Shown: piece after piece, positions 27,595 to 40,525 of the stretch | How the letters are laid out: every line of letters begins with the position of its first letter | How positions within the stretch are numbered: the first letter of the stretch is position 1 | From: Psilocybe cubensis | Taxonomy: Eukaryota | NCBI GenBank assembly: GCA_017499595.2 | Contig: CM039007.1 | Location: forward strand, 2,480,001 to 2,544,000 | Reading direction: 5' to 3' | DNA length: 64,000 nt | The notes under the pieces: generated by a model | The model's input: the letters and a program-made list of their open reading frames with translations, nothing else | What the model was told of the DNA's origin: nothing | Databases searched by the model: none | Translations under genes and position numbers: made by a program

Positions 27595-29032
27595 ATGAAT
27601 CTCCCAAGATATCCTGACCTCACGATAAAGCGAATCCCGACACACTCTCCCGTACATCCTAATACAGTGGCATTCCTTGGCGGAGATGCATGCGTTTTAC
27701 GTCCTATATATGTCGTGCTAAAGGATGGTATTCAAGTGTGGATTGAAGGACCCCCGCTCGACCCAGAAGCTACCCATCTTCCCTCGGTAGAGGAATTGGA
27801 TAATACAAAATTAAAACAATTGAATGACGAGTATCGGCGGTACCTGTTGATAATTGTACGTCCGGAATTGTTGACTTCTTTTGTTGAATGTCTGTGTGGG
27901 AATCAAATCTTAAATCATACCTTGCAGGAGGACCTCACTCAATCCATTGACTTCGGTGCATCTCAGATGGCATACCTAACGAAAGACACCTATGGCGAAT
28001 ATTGCATAGTACATGACTACCGGAGGATCATGCAGGTCTCATGTCCAATGTGGGGCCCTAAAATATACATCGATGATGTTAACATCACGGTTTGGGGCAC
28101 ACATTTTGATAGGCACCGTGGGATATGGAATGGGAGGGAAGTTGGTCAGTCGAAGAAACCGTTAGGCTAATTGACAACACTAATAGTTACTTTTCCACGC
28201 AGATATCTTCTACGCATTCCAGGAGTATGATCGCATCCTCCTGAACCGCGTAATGTACGTCTTACGCCATCTTGAAGGCACCGATTGCGATGTCACCTTC
28301 GAGTTCTACGGGCATCTATTGGATAAGGACGAAACAATTCTTGGATATGTCGCCGAAGCTGCCTGGGGAAGGAATATTGGTCTTGGAGACGAAGAACTTG
28401 TGTCAAGCGCCCTCAAACGCCTCGAGAGTCTGGGTTGCGTGTATCGGGCTGTTTCAAGCAACATGTTCCTTGTATCTGATGGGAAGTTACGCTTATTAAT
28501 GCCTCAGAACATCGAACGATACAATTGTCCGGAACTTCTCAAAAAGAATGCAGAATTTCACCACAACTGGGCATTAGATGAGCTCTTTGACGAATTCCGG
28601 AATTATGGCTCATATGGACTCTTGAGGCTCCCTCCTCTTCGGCTGATAATGGATCCCATGGATGTGAAGTATCTTCGCATGCTCCCTACTCCTGAGCGTT
28701 TATTTAATCACTCATGGCGTGGAGTGTTTCTAACCACGTGCAAGTTGACTTGTGTCGAAGAGGAGGATCAACAGAATGACCGAGTTACAACAAGCTCCAG
28801 AAGGTCACTCAGAAAAAGAAGATATTTCCTTCATGTTGACCCTGTCGATATCAACGCCTACCAACGAGGCCTTACCATATCACCTCCATCAAGAATTACC
28901 AACTTCCATCCCTATCCGCGCCGGAAAAAGGTTTTGCAAGAATTATCTAGCACCGAGGGCACGGAAAGCATAGTCGAAGGATCGACCAGCGATTTGGATG
29001 TGGTCTACGGTGCTCTCAAGAGGATTTATTGA
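27595..29032 (+). CDS. Kinase-fold-like protein with degenerate catalytic motifs (putative pseudokinase), copy A
   Basis: Three exons (introns about 27857-27927 and 28145-28202). RHRGIWNGREVDI, FYGHLL..ILGYVAE, ALKRLESLGCVYRAVSSNMFLVSDGKLRLL. Clear paralog of 31316-32800. Confidence 0.8.
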
Positions 29033-30705
29033 CAGCGGTATTACCCCATAATCGCGTCTTTTCGTTCATATCAACGAAGATCGTCACTAAATTGAAATCC
29101 CAACTACTTTACTACCAATCGTTAGGTCAAATGAAACAAGATTTAAGTCATTATATTCATGATTTATTTTGACCTCGTCATTATGACTTTCTACAATGTA
29201 ATCGAAATGATTATCAATAAGTAGGCATTTGTACTATTATAGGGATACCTTAACACATGCATTTCCCGGGTTAACTTGAAGAGACACCGAAAGCTTTGGT
29301 ATACCGCGCGGATTTCAACAGATTTCAACCGACTAGCATATGACCCGGTTATAATTTAATAAGACATTCGGTCGATTTACAAGAATTTTGCCGACTGTAG
29401 TGCACTTGGATAGAAATCATGGGCGCAATTCCCCTTTATGAACTATCGCATAGGTTACTTGCAATATTCTCAAGATTCATAACTCTGGACTTTTTTTATG
29501 TGATGGGACACCGTTTTTTTCCGACAGTCTTATATGAGTTCAGTCCCAAACGTTGAACGTTGATGGCTGGTCGGTTATAATAAAGATCACGTCATTCGGT
29601 TTGATCAAGTTCTCGGAAATCTCCGACGGAGAATGAAGTCGGAGTTGAGCTTCCTAGAGAAATCGGAAACGTCGTGATTACATACCCATTCGTTATTAAG
29701 CTCTTAACCAGCATTTCTGACATTGAAAGTCAATATTACGAAGTAAAATAGGTTTGGTCATAAACAGCTCAGCTAAAAGAGTACCATTTGGCAGCTAAAG
29801 CTTAATTTGACAGCAGTTTTGTTCTCCGATCAGCGTGAAATCTCCGGCGCAAGCTGGAGCCGAGATAAGAAACATCGTTTGCTACTGGAGCGTTTGATTC
29901 CAACAACTTGCTTTCACGAAGCGTTTGACTCCGACTTTTATCTCCGCTTCCGGCCGCTCCTACTCGAAATCTTGATAATCGAGTGGATCGCGGGGTTAAT
30001 ATCGTGCCATATACCAAACTACCTGAATTATAATTGAGTAACTATAGTTGAAAGTAAAGCTTGTGTACACTAGAGAAGTAGATTTCAGCATGCCAAGTAT
30101 GTCGCCTTGCTGAAATTTAATCATGATGTCTACAAGAAGTATGTTTCCAACAGTAGCCGTCTGCTGAAAGTGGTAGAAAATAGGCGGCACGAGTATAGTT
30201 CTAAGCCAATGCATTGAGCCTTAAAAAAACCTTTGAACTTTCAAAGTAGACTGAGAAGCATCAGGGTCGAGGTCGCGCGCGCATGAGAAGATTACATCGC
30301 CGATTTGTTGGCAGTTTGGCCTTGGGCGTTGTGGAAGATGCATGAGGACTCCGTCAACTGCACCTTTTAGGCCTTGAATACACAATGGCTTTTCCGACTT
30401 GGGCATTCTCCAGACCCAGGTTACAGACATACCCCAACCGTCAAATTATGTGGTGAGATGTACAGCTTAAAGCCGTTCTCATCACGGTTTTCCTTGAACA
30501 AGCCTTGGCCAGCCGTGCCCTGAGTTTGAAAAACGGCGCAATACCACGATGGACTTGAGTTAGAGCCAAAGATTGACGAACTAATACAGAGAAATAAAAT
30601 GGATTTAGTGAGATGTAAGACTTTGTGTGGCTGTGAGTGACCTTCATACTTCTTTCGATGATGATCCTGAGGAATTTTTGACATATTCTATTATTGGGTT
30701 GATCA

Positions 30706-30903
30706 TTAAATAGCTATCATGTAATGGGACAAAGGCTTACTATGACGGGCGCTCTCGGTACATGACGAGCATATATCTAGCGTTGAGACCCCAAAAGTTC
30801 GATTCATGCAAAATTTAGGCACTATCTTTAGCTGGCAAGGGGTCGTTACTGACCGAAAAGCTATTCCACACCTAGAACATTGATAGGTTAGCTCGTAGCA
30901 CAT
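30706..30903 (-). CDS. Small 65-aa 7-Cys protein (putative metal-binding), cassette copy 2
   Basis: MCYELTYQCSRCGIAFRSVTTPCQLKIVPKFCMNRTFGVSTLDICSSCTESARH. Same MC-x6-CxxC...CxxC skeleton as 27049-27195. Confidence 0.6.
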   Translation of the reverse strand: MCYELTYQCSRCGIAFRSVTTPCQLKIVPKFCMNRTFGVSTLDICSSCTESARHSKPLSHYMIAI

Positions 30904-31315
30904 TAGTCTTACAGAAAATAATGGGTTCATCCAGTAGATAGACATACCAAACATTGGAATTGAACAGGATTTAATACTAAACGTCTCAGATGCACGTTTG
31001 GGGTGGTTAGCCAGTGGAGGATCATTATCGTTCTCATTCTCAGCCTCGAGGTTTATTTGTGCGGTGGTATATTCATTATTACCTGTGCGGTCTACATGGG
31101 ATGGCGACAAATGAGTGAAATGAGCCTGACTCCCTTCCTGAGAACTTGTCATTTCCGAGTCGTGGACTCTATAGTGGTGAACAAATTTGGATCTCCGATT
31201 CAGAACTCCCGATAATCCAAATGCTGATCGATCTTGAACCTCTTGAAAACACGAGGTATTTATCCAAGTCATTTTGTCGCCAATCTGCTCCTACGGATTC
31301 AGAATATTCAGGATC

Positions 31316-32800
31316 ATGCCATTGGTGTACGAGTCGAAAACAACCCTACAGAGTATTCCTCCGAAATCCCCAGTAGTTCCCCACGGTATAGCGTACATTG
31401 GAGGAGTTGTGGACGCATGGAAACCTCAATTTGTGCTGTTGAAAAACAATCGTGAATTCACCATTCAAGCCCCGCCTCTTGAGCCAAAGGTTACGAAAAG
31501 CTCCAACGAATCTGAAGATGAATTTGTAGCGAAGTATGTTGAGCAGTTCCAACGATATCTTGCGGTGCTGGTATGACATCTGGGTTGATGATTGGAATTA
31601 CTGCTAATCAGACATATGACAGGAATGCTTACTTTCTATCATTGATTTCGATGCCACAGACATGGCTTACATGATAGAAGACTCCAACGAGGACTATCAA
31701 ATCATTCCAGGGCGGAAGGCTCTCAGGAATGTTTCCTGTCCTCTTTGGATGCATAAAATCTACGTAGATGAGGTAAATATAACGGTTTGGGGTAGTGATT
31801 ACGATGGTCGTCGTGGAATATGGGAAGGGAAAGAAGTAGGTTAGTTGAAATGTCCAACTAGGGCGTTAAGCACCTTTATACTGACATGACATCAGATATA
31901 TCTTACGCCCTTCACAAGGATCTAGATCGATTCGTATTGAATCGTGCGATGCAAGGACTTCGAGCTCTAGAAGGGAGGAATTGTGACCTTTTATTCGAGG
32001 TGTATGGCCACCTGGTCGATAGAGACGAAACAATTGTGGGACTTGTTACCGAAGCAGCCAAGGGAAGAGTGGTCACTCCCGACGATAAAGACCTGATTCA
32101 AGCATCCCTCAAGGCTCTCGAGCACGCCGGATGTGTATACACTGCAGTTGCAAGCAACCATTTTCTCATAACCGATGGGAAGTTGCGTTTGCTGCAGCTG
32201 AACGCCATCATTCCGTATCCTGATCAGGAGCAATGTAGAAAGGAGGCCGCATATTTTCATGACTGGGCACTAGATGAACTCATCGAAGAACTTCGGGAAT
32301 ACGGAAAAACGGGCCGCGGTCATGGGCCACCAGGTCGATTGGTGAGAGACCCGTATGCTATCACATACCTGCGATTTCTTCCCCCACCAGAGCGCCCTCT
32401 CCGCACGAACCTCAATTTTACGCCTCTTCCCATGCCTGTGGCGCTGCTGATGATATCCAGGTACCTCAGAGGAGAGAAATATCCTATGCCTTTGGAAGAC
32501 CCGGATGATCTGCTTGCAAGAAGAAAGCAGAGTAGGAAGAATCGTTATCTCATTTACAGAGACCCTGAGGAAGACTGTGAGGCGGCGGACAAACAGGGTT
32601 TATCAACCTTCAAAAGTATAGACGGTGATATTTCTCCTTACAGACCAGCGCGTAGCACTCGTATATGGCGTCTCTCAGGACGAACACCTTATACAAGGCA
32701 TCTGCATGCAGAGAGGGGGCTCCCTGCACTATCTAGCACAGAAGGGATAGCAAGCATTACAGAGGTTGTAGATGACGTCGTAAAAGGTAAAAGTGTATAG
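31316..32800 (+). CDS. Kinase-fold-like protein with degenerate catalytic motifs (putative pseudokinase), copy B
   Basis: Three exons with introns at the same protein positions as copy A. RRGIWEGKEVDI, VYGHLVDRDETIVGLVTE, LKALEHAGCVYTAVASNHFLITDGKLRLL. Confidence 0.8.
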
Positions 32801-35065
32801 GGTAGAAAATTTGACTGTTTCTTCAAGAGTTTTGTTTAATATTACTCTTACGTTTTTATCCGAGGAGAACTTGAAGTTCGCTTGTGTTCAATGTTGTTGG
32901 TTTTTGAATCAACACCGGAGCCCCGCATTCGTCCTCAGCAATGCTGTGATTAGGGTATATATTTATACGATTACCTTAACCTTGACGTACAACCGGAGTG
33001 ATAGCTTTTCAAAGTAGGCTGAATGTCATTCAGATGTGCTATTATCAGCAGCTCGTTCTGTCTCTGGTTTGTGTTATTTTCATCAATGGGGAATGGGTCT
33101 CTGTCGGTTTAATCTCCAGTAAACTCTATGGAAGACTTCACATTATTGGTGTTGCTCCGTATGGTGGTTTGGAGCTGCTCTGTTATTTCTTCGATAGATG
33201 TCAAAAGCTAATAATATTTTGACTTGAGCGCTTGACTCGATTCAGGGAGCCTATTATGCGACGAGTGATGTGATGCGTAAATCCTTAAAATAGAACCGCT
33301 GCAACTCACTCTGAGACACACGCATAAAATGACAATGAAATATTGTATCCACTAAAGTAACTCAACTAACTTACTGAAAAAAAATCCAAACCCTTCTGCA
33401 GATTTATTTTTGTCTTTGATTCGAAAAGGATATGTTTACAGACCAGATATTCCATTCCCACTCTGGCAAGTGGTAGCTGAGCACAGGGCAGCACTTGGGC
33501 GTACATTATTAAAACAGCGTGGCGCGAGAAGCTGGCACCGCAATCCTGTGTTTTCACGATCGCTTCGGCGCATGTACCTTCCTTGTGTGCCAGCATTTTT
33601 TTACCTGTTGAGGATATTTCCCCTATGAGTAGGTACTCTCCAGATCTAACGACTTTTGATATATTCTCATGTTATCCTATGTCCATTTTTCCATAGTATA
33701 TGTAGTCATAAAACATGTAGAAAAACATGATGTTCAGACATTTCCCAGAGAAATATAGAAACTGTCCGATCTTCAAGAGGTGGTCTGCGCTGAACAAAAG
33801 GAGGCGAGGTTCACTTCCTCTAGACTCGGTTCATACAGGCCTCGGGAGTGTGAAATCTTTATGATATATTAATACGATCATGGATGTAACCTTCAATCTG
33901 AGTTTGACGAGTCGTTCTCCAACCTCAACAATTTCGGGCGGCTCAAAACGTCACCAGCCGCTTTTCTTTAGGGTCGACATCAAAATGTGTTCTTATCGTC
34001 CCTCGGCTATAAGATGTGCAATGTTTGGCCAATTGTGCATGGCCATCACTAGTTAGGTATTATGTTGGACCCATATCCAATTATTTGACTCTAAAAAGCA
34101 ACTAAAACTTTCAAGGTTTTATTGTTCGAGAAAAAGGAATCCGAATCATTTCAATAACATTGCTCCGAGGACTCAGGAAACTGTTTCATGAATAAGAGTT
34201 CTCACTGTCACCGCCGTTGAGGCGATGTCATTCGGAAATTCCAGATATTCACACTCACCAATGAACGTAGCCTTCTGAAGATTCGTAACTCAACACAACA
34301 TACCAAGGAGTGTTACATATTGTCAGATTCGAACAAGCATCGGGCTTGGGTACTTAGTTGACAGAGAGGAAACTAGACCTTCCGATCAATACACAGGGTA
34401 AGAGACGAGTGTTGAGTCCATGGGCTTGGTACTGTGCTCTGTTCTTCTACACGATGTTCCTCGCCTCAAGGAAGCCTTACGCGACTGTCTAGACACAATC
34501 TCAAGTTGTCCTGATATTTTATTTCTTCTCCGCAGTGCAAAATATAAGAGGTACCGAGGCATTCAACGCTGTCCTTACTCTCTACCTAAATGTGGAAAAT
34601 ACATAAGAGATAAGGAGATGCAACCTACACAGCTGCTGGTATTTGGCGAACACGACGTCTGCGTCGACCATCGCTGACATCATTGAGGCTGTGCGGTTGT
34701 TCTCTCACCAGAATAAAACGAGAGTCTATTTCGGATTGTGAATCTAGGTCCTCGAGAGTCTAATGACCAGAGAAGCTTGATGAAAATGGGTGCGATAGGC
34801 TCCTAGAGTGTGAATGCTGATCGGAAAAGTGTAACGGTATCAGGTGCTCTTCAACACATGATGATGAAGATGCACATGCCTTCATGAACATGGGATTCGG
34901 CATATCATTATCTATTTTCCCTTGATCATTGGCGATTGTCGGCGTTCTCCGACTTTTGAGGTGCTTCAGGAGCAGAAGGTCGGGGGTCGGTTAATTGGAC
35001 TATAATCGCACTTCCACTTGTCCAGTAATCACCAAGCCTCATATACCCCTCAACAAATATCCATC

Positions 35066-35959
35066 ATGTTTCGATCATTTGCACTCGTTATATTGTTTAT
35101 CTCTCTATCACTACATTCTTTAATATCACAAGCGGCTCTGTTACCTGTAGGAAACTTTGTTGAGTCGGTCCAGCGGAGGACGGTGAACCCAACATTTCCC
35201 GATTCGCCACCGTCCTGTCCCATTTGCGCTCAGGTAAGCTCTGGATCTTCATTATACTTTCACACCGTGGGCGCATCTTTTCTGCGGGAGAGGAATGTCG
35301 GCAATGAACGACAGTCCAATAGTCCTTGTTTCCTCATGGACAATGTACCATACTACCCGCTGAGTCTCTCTGGCACGGATCCCGCAAGATTATCAATATA
35401 TATTGTCACATATAGGTGAAATCCTGAGCTGAAATGATAATCAGGGTTATCCAAGCATTCAAGGATGTGCTCAAGCAGCACCAGTTTTGTCCAACTTCTC
35501 CATGGCGAGTATCGTTATTCATATTTAAGTTCTGGAAATTCTGACTACCTTCTACCAAAAGATCATCTTTAACCCAGGAGCCTTCATTGACGTCATCCGA
35601 TGTGCCTGTGCCGACACATTCAAGTCCGTGTTTCCTCAATGTGTTGACTGGTGAGCTTAGGAAACACTGTTACCTTTAATCAAAGATACTCACCAAAGCC
35701 TTTCACCAGTTTCATTCAGACCAATCAAACTGATGTTCTCGATACATCAGACCTCCCCAGCCTTGTAGGGTCCATACGACAAATCTGCTCCTTAGAGAGC
35801 GCATTGCTTGGGAATGTGTCTGGAGTAGATGCTTCATTGACGGGATCAAATGTACCACTGCCAACCAGCACGTCGGGCGGGATTGGGATTAAGTGGAATG
35901 CCGCTTACCTCAAAGCGGCTGTTGTTTTCACTGGGGTAGGACTTGTTGTTGGATTCTGA
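35066..35959 (+). CDS. Small secreted Cys-rich protein with a hydrophobic C-terminus (GPI-like)
   Basis: Signal peptide MFRSFALVILFISLSL. Exons 35066-35233, 35445-35504, 35562-35650 and 35710-35959. Spliced sequence CPICAQ-GYPSIQGCAQAAPVLSNFSM-IIFNPGAFIDVIRCACADTFKSVFPQCVDC. Confidence 0.85.
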
Positions 35960-36225
35960 GTATTTCTTTCTTTATTTTCTTTTTTGCATGTCTGGTCATT
36001 AGGACTACTTCACGACCTTTACGACGATGACGATGATTAACGAATTTAGTAATGATCTGATGCGCTTTGTTTAAAAATAACTCTTTATTGGTAAATGACG
36101 CGTTTGCAGCAGTTTGTAACCTGAGTGACCTGTGAACAAGATCAGTGTCTTCTCTTGTAACACTCTCCATCTTTTTGGTTCTTTCACCGCTACAAGTATT
36201 TCCTGTGATCTGATCTGCTGGAACT

Positions 36226-37149
36226 ATGAATTCCTCCAATAAACCACCAGCTACCCCCTTGCCGGATGAGTCGGCGGGTGCACAAGCATCGCCGCCAGAG
36301 TCCTCGACACATACCACACAGGAGACAGATGCCACTATCGTTGAAGAGCAGGAATCAATTCCTGCTCTTTCAAGGTGGTCATCTCCCGCAATTCCTCAAA
36401 GTACATGGTGCGCCTCCGACTTCATGGTAGGGGTAGGGATGGTTATCATCCAGCAAAAAACAGAGAAGATAGTCTTGCTCTACTCATCGAAGTGGAAATA
36501 TTACTTCTTTCCGCGTGGCAGAAAGGATGTCGGCGAGACCCTACAACAAGCCGCATTACGAGAGGCATACGAGGAGGTAAGTACCGAAGGCGTTTCTTTT
36601 ACCCAGCATGTCTGATTGACCTCACACTGCAAGTCGGGATATCGCGTCGATTTCATGCCACTGGCAATCCCAACCCGACAACCCCACTCACCAGAGACAC
36701 GAAACAGGCGAAGTCATTTCAACACAGAATCTATCTATATGACCACCACGAACTGGAGGGCTGGAAGGAGTGGTCCCACTGACCACGGAGGGGTATATTT
36801 GACGTCCTGGTTCGTTGGACAGATACCTGAAGATGCGGTATGTCTCCGCTATCAATGCATCAAATGAGGAATTGGTTGATCTAATCTTTCTTCTGATATC
36901 TTATCTTCCCCGCACCTTCAGGTATGCGAATCTGGCACGCGTATGCCCGATGAAGACCACTTTACAACGCACTTGTTATCCTACGAAGAGGTCAGAAACC
37001 TCATCTGGGGAACAGAAGTAAAATTATTTGATTATGTCTGGGCTGTATACCAACATACAAAAACCATACTACAACAGGAAGAATCTCAGCGGGCACAACA
37101 ACTACGTCGATTTCAAATCACCAAAAACCGCCCAGTACGCCGGCCGTAG
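36226..37149 (+). CDS. Nudix hydrolase family protein, paralog 1
   Basis: Nudix box GRKDVGETLQQAALREAYEE-SGY spans intron 1. Three exons. Confidence 0.88.
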
Positions 37150-40100
37150 ATCAATTTGAATATTGAAACGGGGCGTGGACTGCGTGATTTGCCTTCAACT
37201 GTTAGGAAAGCAAAATTTGTATAATTGGCTGAAGGTCATCGGGTGACATCATTCAGAAGATTAGTCACTGTCCCTTTTCTGTACGTACAGACTGAACAAT
37301 ATCAAACGAGTCTAGTACGCTGCAGAGATTAAGCCATAATCGAGATGATATCACCACTTTCTGTACACCGTCCGTGGTTTCCCCAACCAGGTAGAAACAA
37401 ATCAGAAGTTCCTGTAAAGTCGCCATGGGCTCATATATTCCAAATCAAATATTTTGTAGAAGATGTTGCTTGGTAGCATTCTCAAAGCGTCGTCGTTGAG
37501 TCAAAACGAGCTGGTTGGTGCCATCCAATGGTTGCTAGCTGAACATACATTCCATCAACAGTATCAGAGAAACAATCCTCATGTACAGCATATCCTTGGA
37601 TGTATGACGACAAGCACGCATACCTAGTTTCGACGGGGCGTGATATCATCAATTTTGACATCGACAAGCTCTGTATCCAGCAAGCAAGAATCCAGCAATT
37701 TAAACAAAAGAATTTTTTAAACCAAAAGTGAGGTGCTGTGGGTTGTAAGAAAAATCTTTATTAGCGTAGCGCTGAAGATTGGATTCAAGAAGAGAGATTA
37801 AGAGGACACGCCAAGGTGTGATGTTGGGCCCGCCGCATGATTCTGATAGTTTTTGTCGGCTATGTGCTATGTCCGTCGCACCATGTGAGCATTATCCTGT
37901 GTACACACCAATTAGATAAGAAACGGAGAGGACGGAGGGTGTTGGCAAGTCATAGTTTGGGGTGTGCAAAGGCCAGCTAAAAAATAAAGGGCCCACAAAA
38001 GATTTGGATGACGCGTTAAAATGCAAATACCAGAAATAGCACTTTAGGTTGACACATGCCATGAGTTACGTGGGGACCAAAACAAAGCTAGGGAAAGCCG
38101 ACATGACCAGTGAAAGAGAGATATAAGTAAGACGATAGTTGACTCGAAAAAAGCGTACAGATAATGATGCAATAAGCCCAATGGCAAGGACACAAGCGAG
38201 TCATGGGGCAAGTCTTCTTGGCCTTAGCGTCAGAACATGGCGATACATATGTGGTTGACAAATTATTTTTCTCTACGATAACCTGTGGGCATCCGTCAGT
38301 AAAACGCGGCAGCAGCAAATGGCGAGGTTGGGCGTCGTATTTTCTGTAAGTTAGGATCGCGAAGTATCAGGGTGTGAGCTCCTCGGTGATCTCTGAGATC
38401 GTCAAAAGCATTTTGTCTTTGCAATGTAGATTGACAGCACCACATTAGGGAAGCTAGATTTCAACATCTCCATAGGGTGTAGCGAAAGGCAAGATGTAAA
38501 GACGACGAGAACCTAAGTCACGGAATATGAAAGTCGCCAACAATGAGGAATTGAATGAAACCTTCGTTGGCCCGTACCGCACCAATGGCTTTCCGAATAC
38601 GATGCTATTAGGGAACCCATGAAGTAACTGAATGACTGAAAACAGTCCTAGCCAGAAGGTCCACTGCGCTCTTGCACCGGATGTCCGCTTCAGCCTTGCG
38701 TCATTGTACGATTATTTTCCATTTTGAGCCCGACCCAAACAGGAAAAAACATAAAACTCGTGTCGGAACACGACACTTGGCCTCAGATAAGGCGAGATGA
38801 AGTGCACAGGATCCGAGGGAAACGTGAATGTCCAGCAAGATTAGGCCCAGGCAACCAAATAATTCTGGATATCTTGGCCCAAGTAAAAGGATCATAGACA
38901 AGAAGCGACAGTGATACAAGGCTGCTAGCTGTAGTTGTTGGGAACAAATAATAAACCTCGCTGTTAGGTCGTGGCTGTCTGAAGGTGCTTTGTCTGTCTT
39001 TGTGTATACGGCTCAGAGCTTTTAGAGCCCCATTTCAGAGTGGCTCCTTTTTGGACATTGGATCACAGTTGTTGGGACCGACGCGAATATGTCGATCGAA
39101 TCATTTCTTGAAACATGTACTTTGAGAAAGTAAGGGAGCATATGAGCAGAAAGTTCATCCACGAGGTTTATTTTCGCGGCAGTACGGCGGATTGAGCTAT
39201 GCCGCGGATATCTGTAATCCCACTGTGACATACAGAGACAGAGATTGGGGTCACCGGCCTTCAAGTTCCTCACTGCCTGGCTAGCACTGCCTTCAGATCG
39301 CCGGACAGTCCCCTTTTTTCGTGGAACAACTTGCCCTCCATGTACATGAGAATACAGACAAGCGATTAACCAGGGATAAATGCGTTACCCGTCTCTTTCA
39401 GAGGTGTTGCAAAAACGCGTCAGCCATAAGGGTCGGGCGTGAGTTGAAACAAGACTCTGTGCCGGCGCGAGTCACAGTGTCTGTCGCGATCACGTGAGAT
39501 TAATCAACAAACGCGAAGAAGATGTCACAGGTCAGGACGCGCAATCGTCTCAGGGAAAACTGAAACGAGACCTCCCAAGGATACAGAGCCGATGCGACCG
39601 ATAAAGAGTAAAGAGCATTTTACCAGCATGTGTAGAAGCTTCAAGGGGTCCGCGTCCAAAAAAAGGACATTAAAGACTCTTGCCTCTTGGATAAACGCAC
39701 GAGGTCGAAATAGGGCATGGAAAGGAAGTGATGGGAGTAAGCCTGCATGAAAGCAAGGGTGGATATTTGTAAAAAAGATAAATACCAGGAACCGTGCTGT
39801 CACGCGTTCAGATGGCTGTCGACCACCGTGGCAGCAAGTCAAGGAAACGCTCTTGAGATCTTGATCCTTGAAATACGTGCAATGCAAAGATGTGTACATC
39901 ATATTCTTCAGTTCATCGCAGTTATCCTTAGACTGGTAGAAGACTGAATTGGAGACATAGGTAAGATTTGTGTCAGTCAAGATGTAAGAGCCGATGAACA
40001 TACCGAAGAGAAAGCTCATAGATTCAAGGTTTACGCGACCCACACCTCTCTTTCGACAGTTTTGAAAGGGCTACTCATGTCCCTGTTTCGTCCCGACTCT

Positions 40101-40525
40101 TTATAAGATGGGATATGGCGTTGTTTGCATTCTTGGTTCGAGTGTCCTGCTTTGTATCAGAAATAAACATAATGGGATGCGTATACCATTGATCTTGGCG
40201 TCTACACATTAGACCTCCCTAGCACTTGACAGTCCTGACATCTTTCGTTTGGGAAGTTGGCGACAGCATAGCAAAATTGAACATGGCCGTTTAAGGACAA
40301 CAATGGTTTCCACCGCGTGGAACCAAAATCAACTGCCGATGGCCCGCCGAAATCAAAAAGACCAAATAACACGTCAACAAAAGGCAGTAAATAAGCGGGG
40401 GCTCTCTCTCTCATCTCATCTCTTACCTCCTCATCTACCAAACCCTTCTCTCCATTCTCGTCCTTGACTATCACCGATTTCTACATAGATATTAAGTAAC
40501 TTAGTGGCTTTACAGAGATCGACAC

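Noticed and set aside
30904-31272. N-terminal extension of the 188-aa ORF containing the second Cys protein
   Set aside because: No counterpart in copy 1, it begins at a non-ATG codon, and it spans the shared promoter. The MC start at 30903 fits the paralog.
39525-40043. 172-aa minus-strand ORF
   Set aside because: Non-ATG start, composition not protein-like, no motifs.
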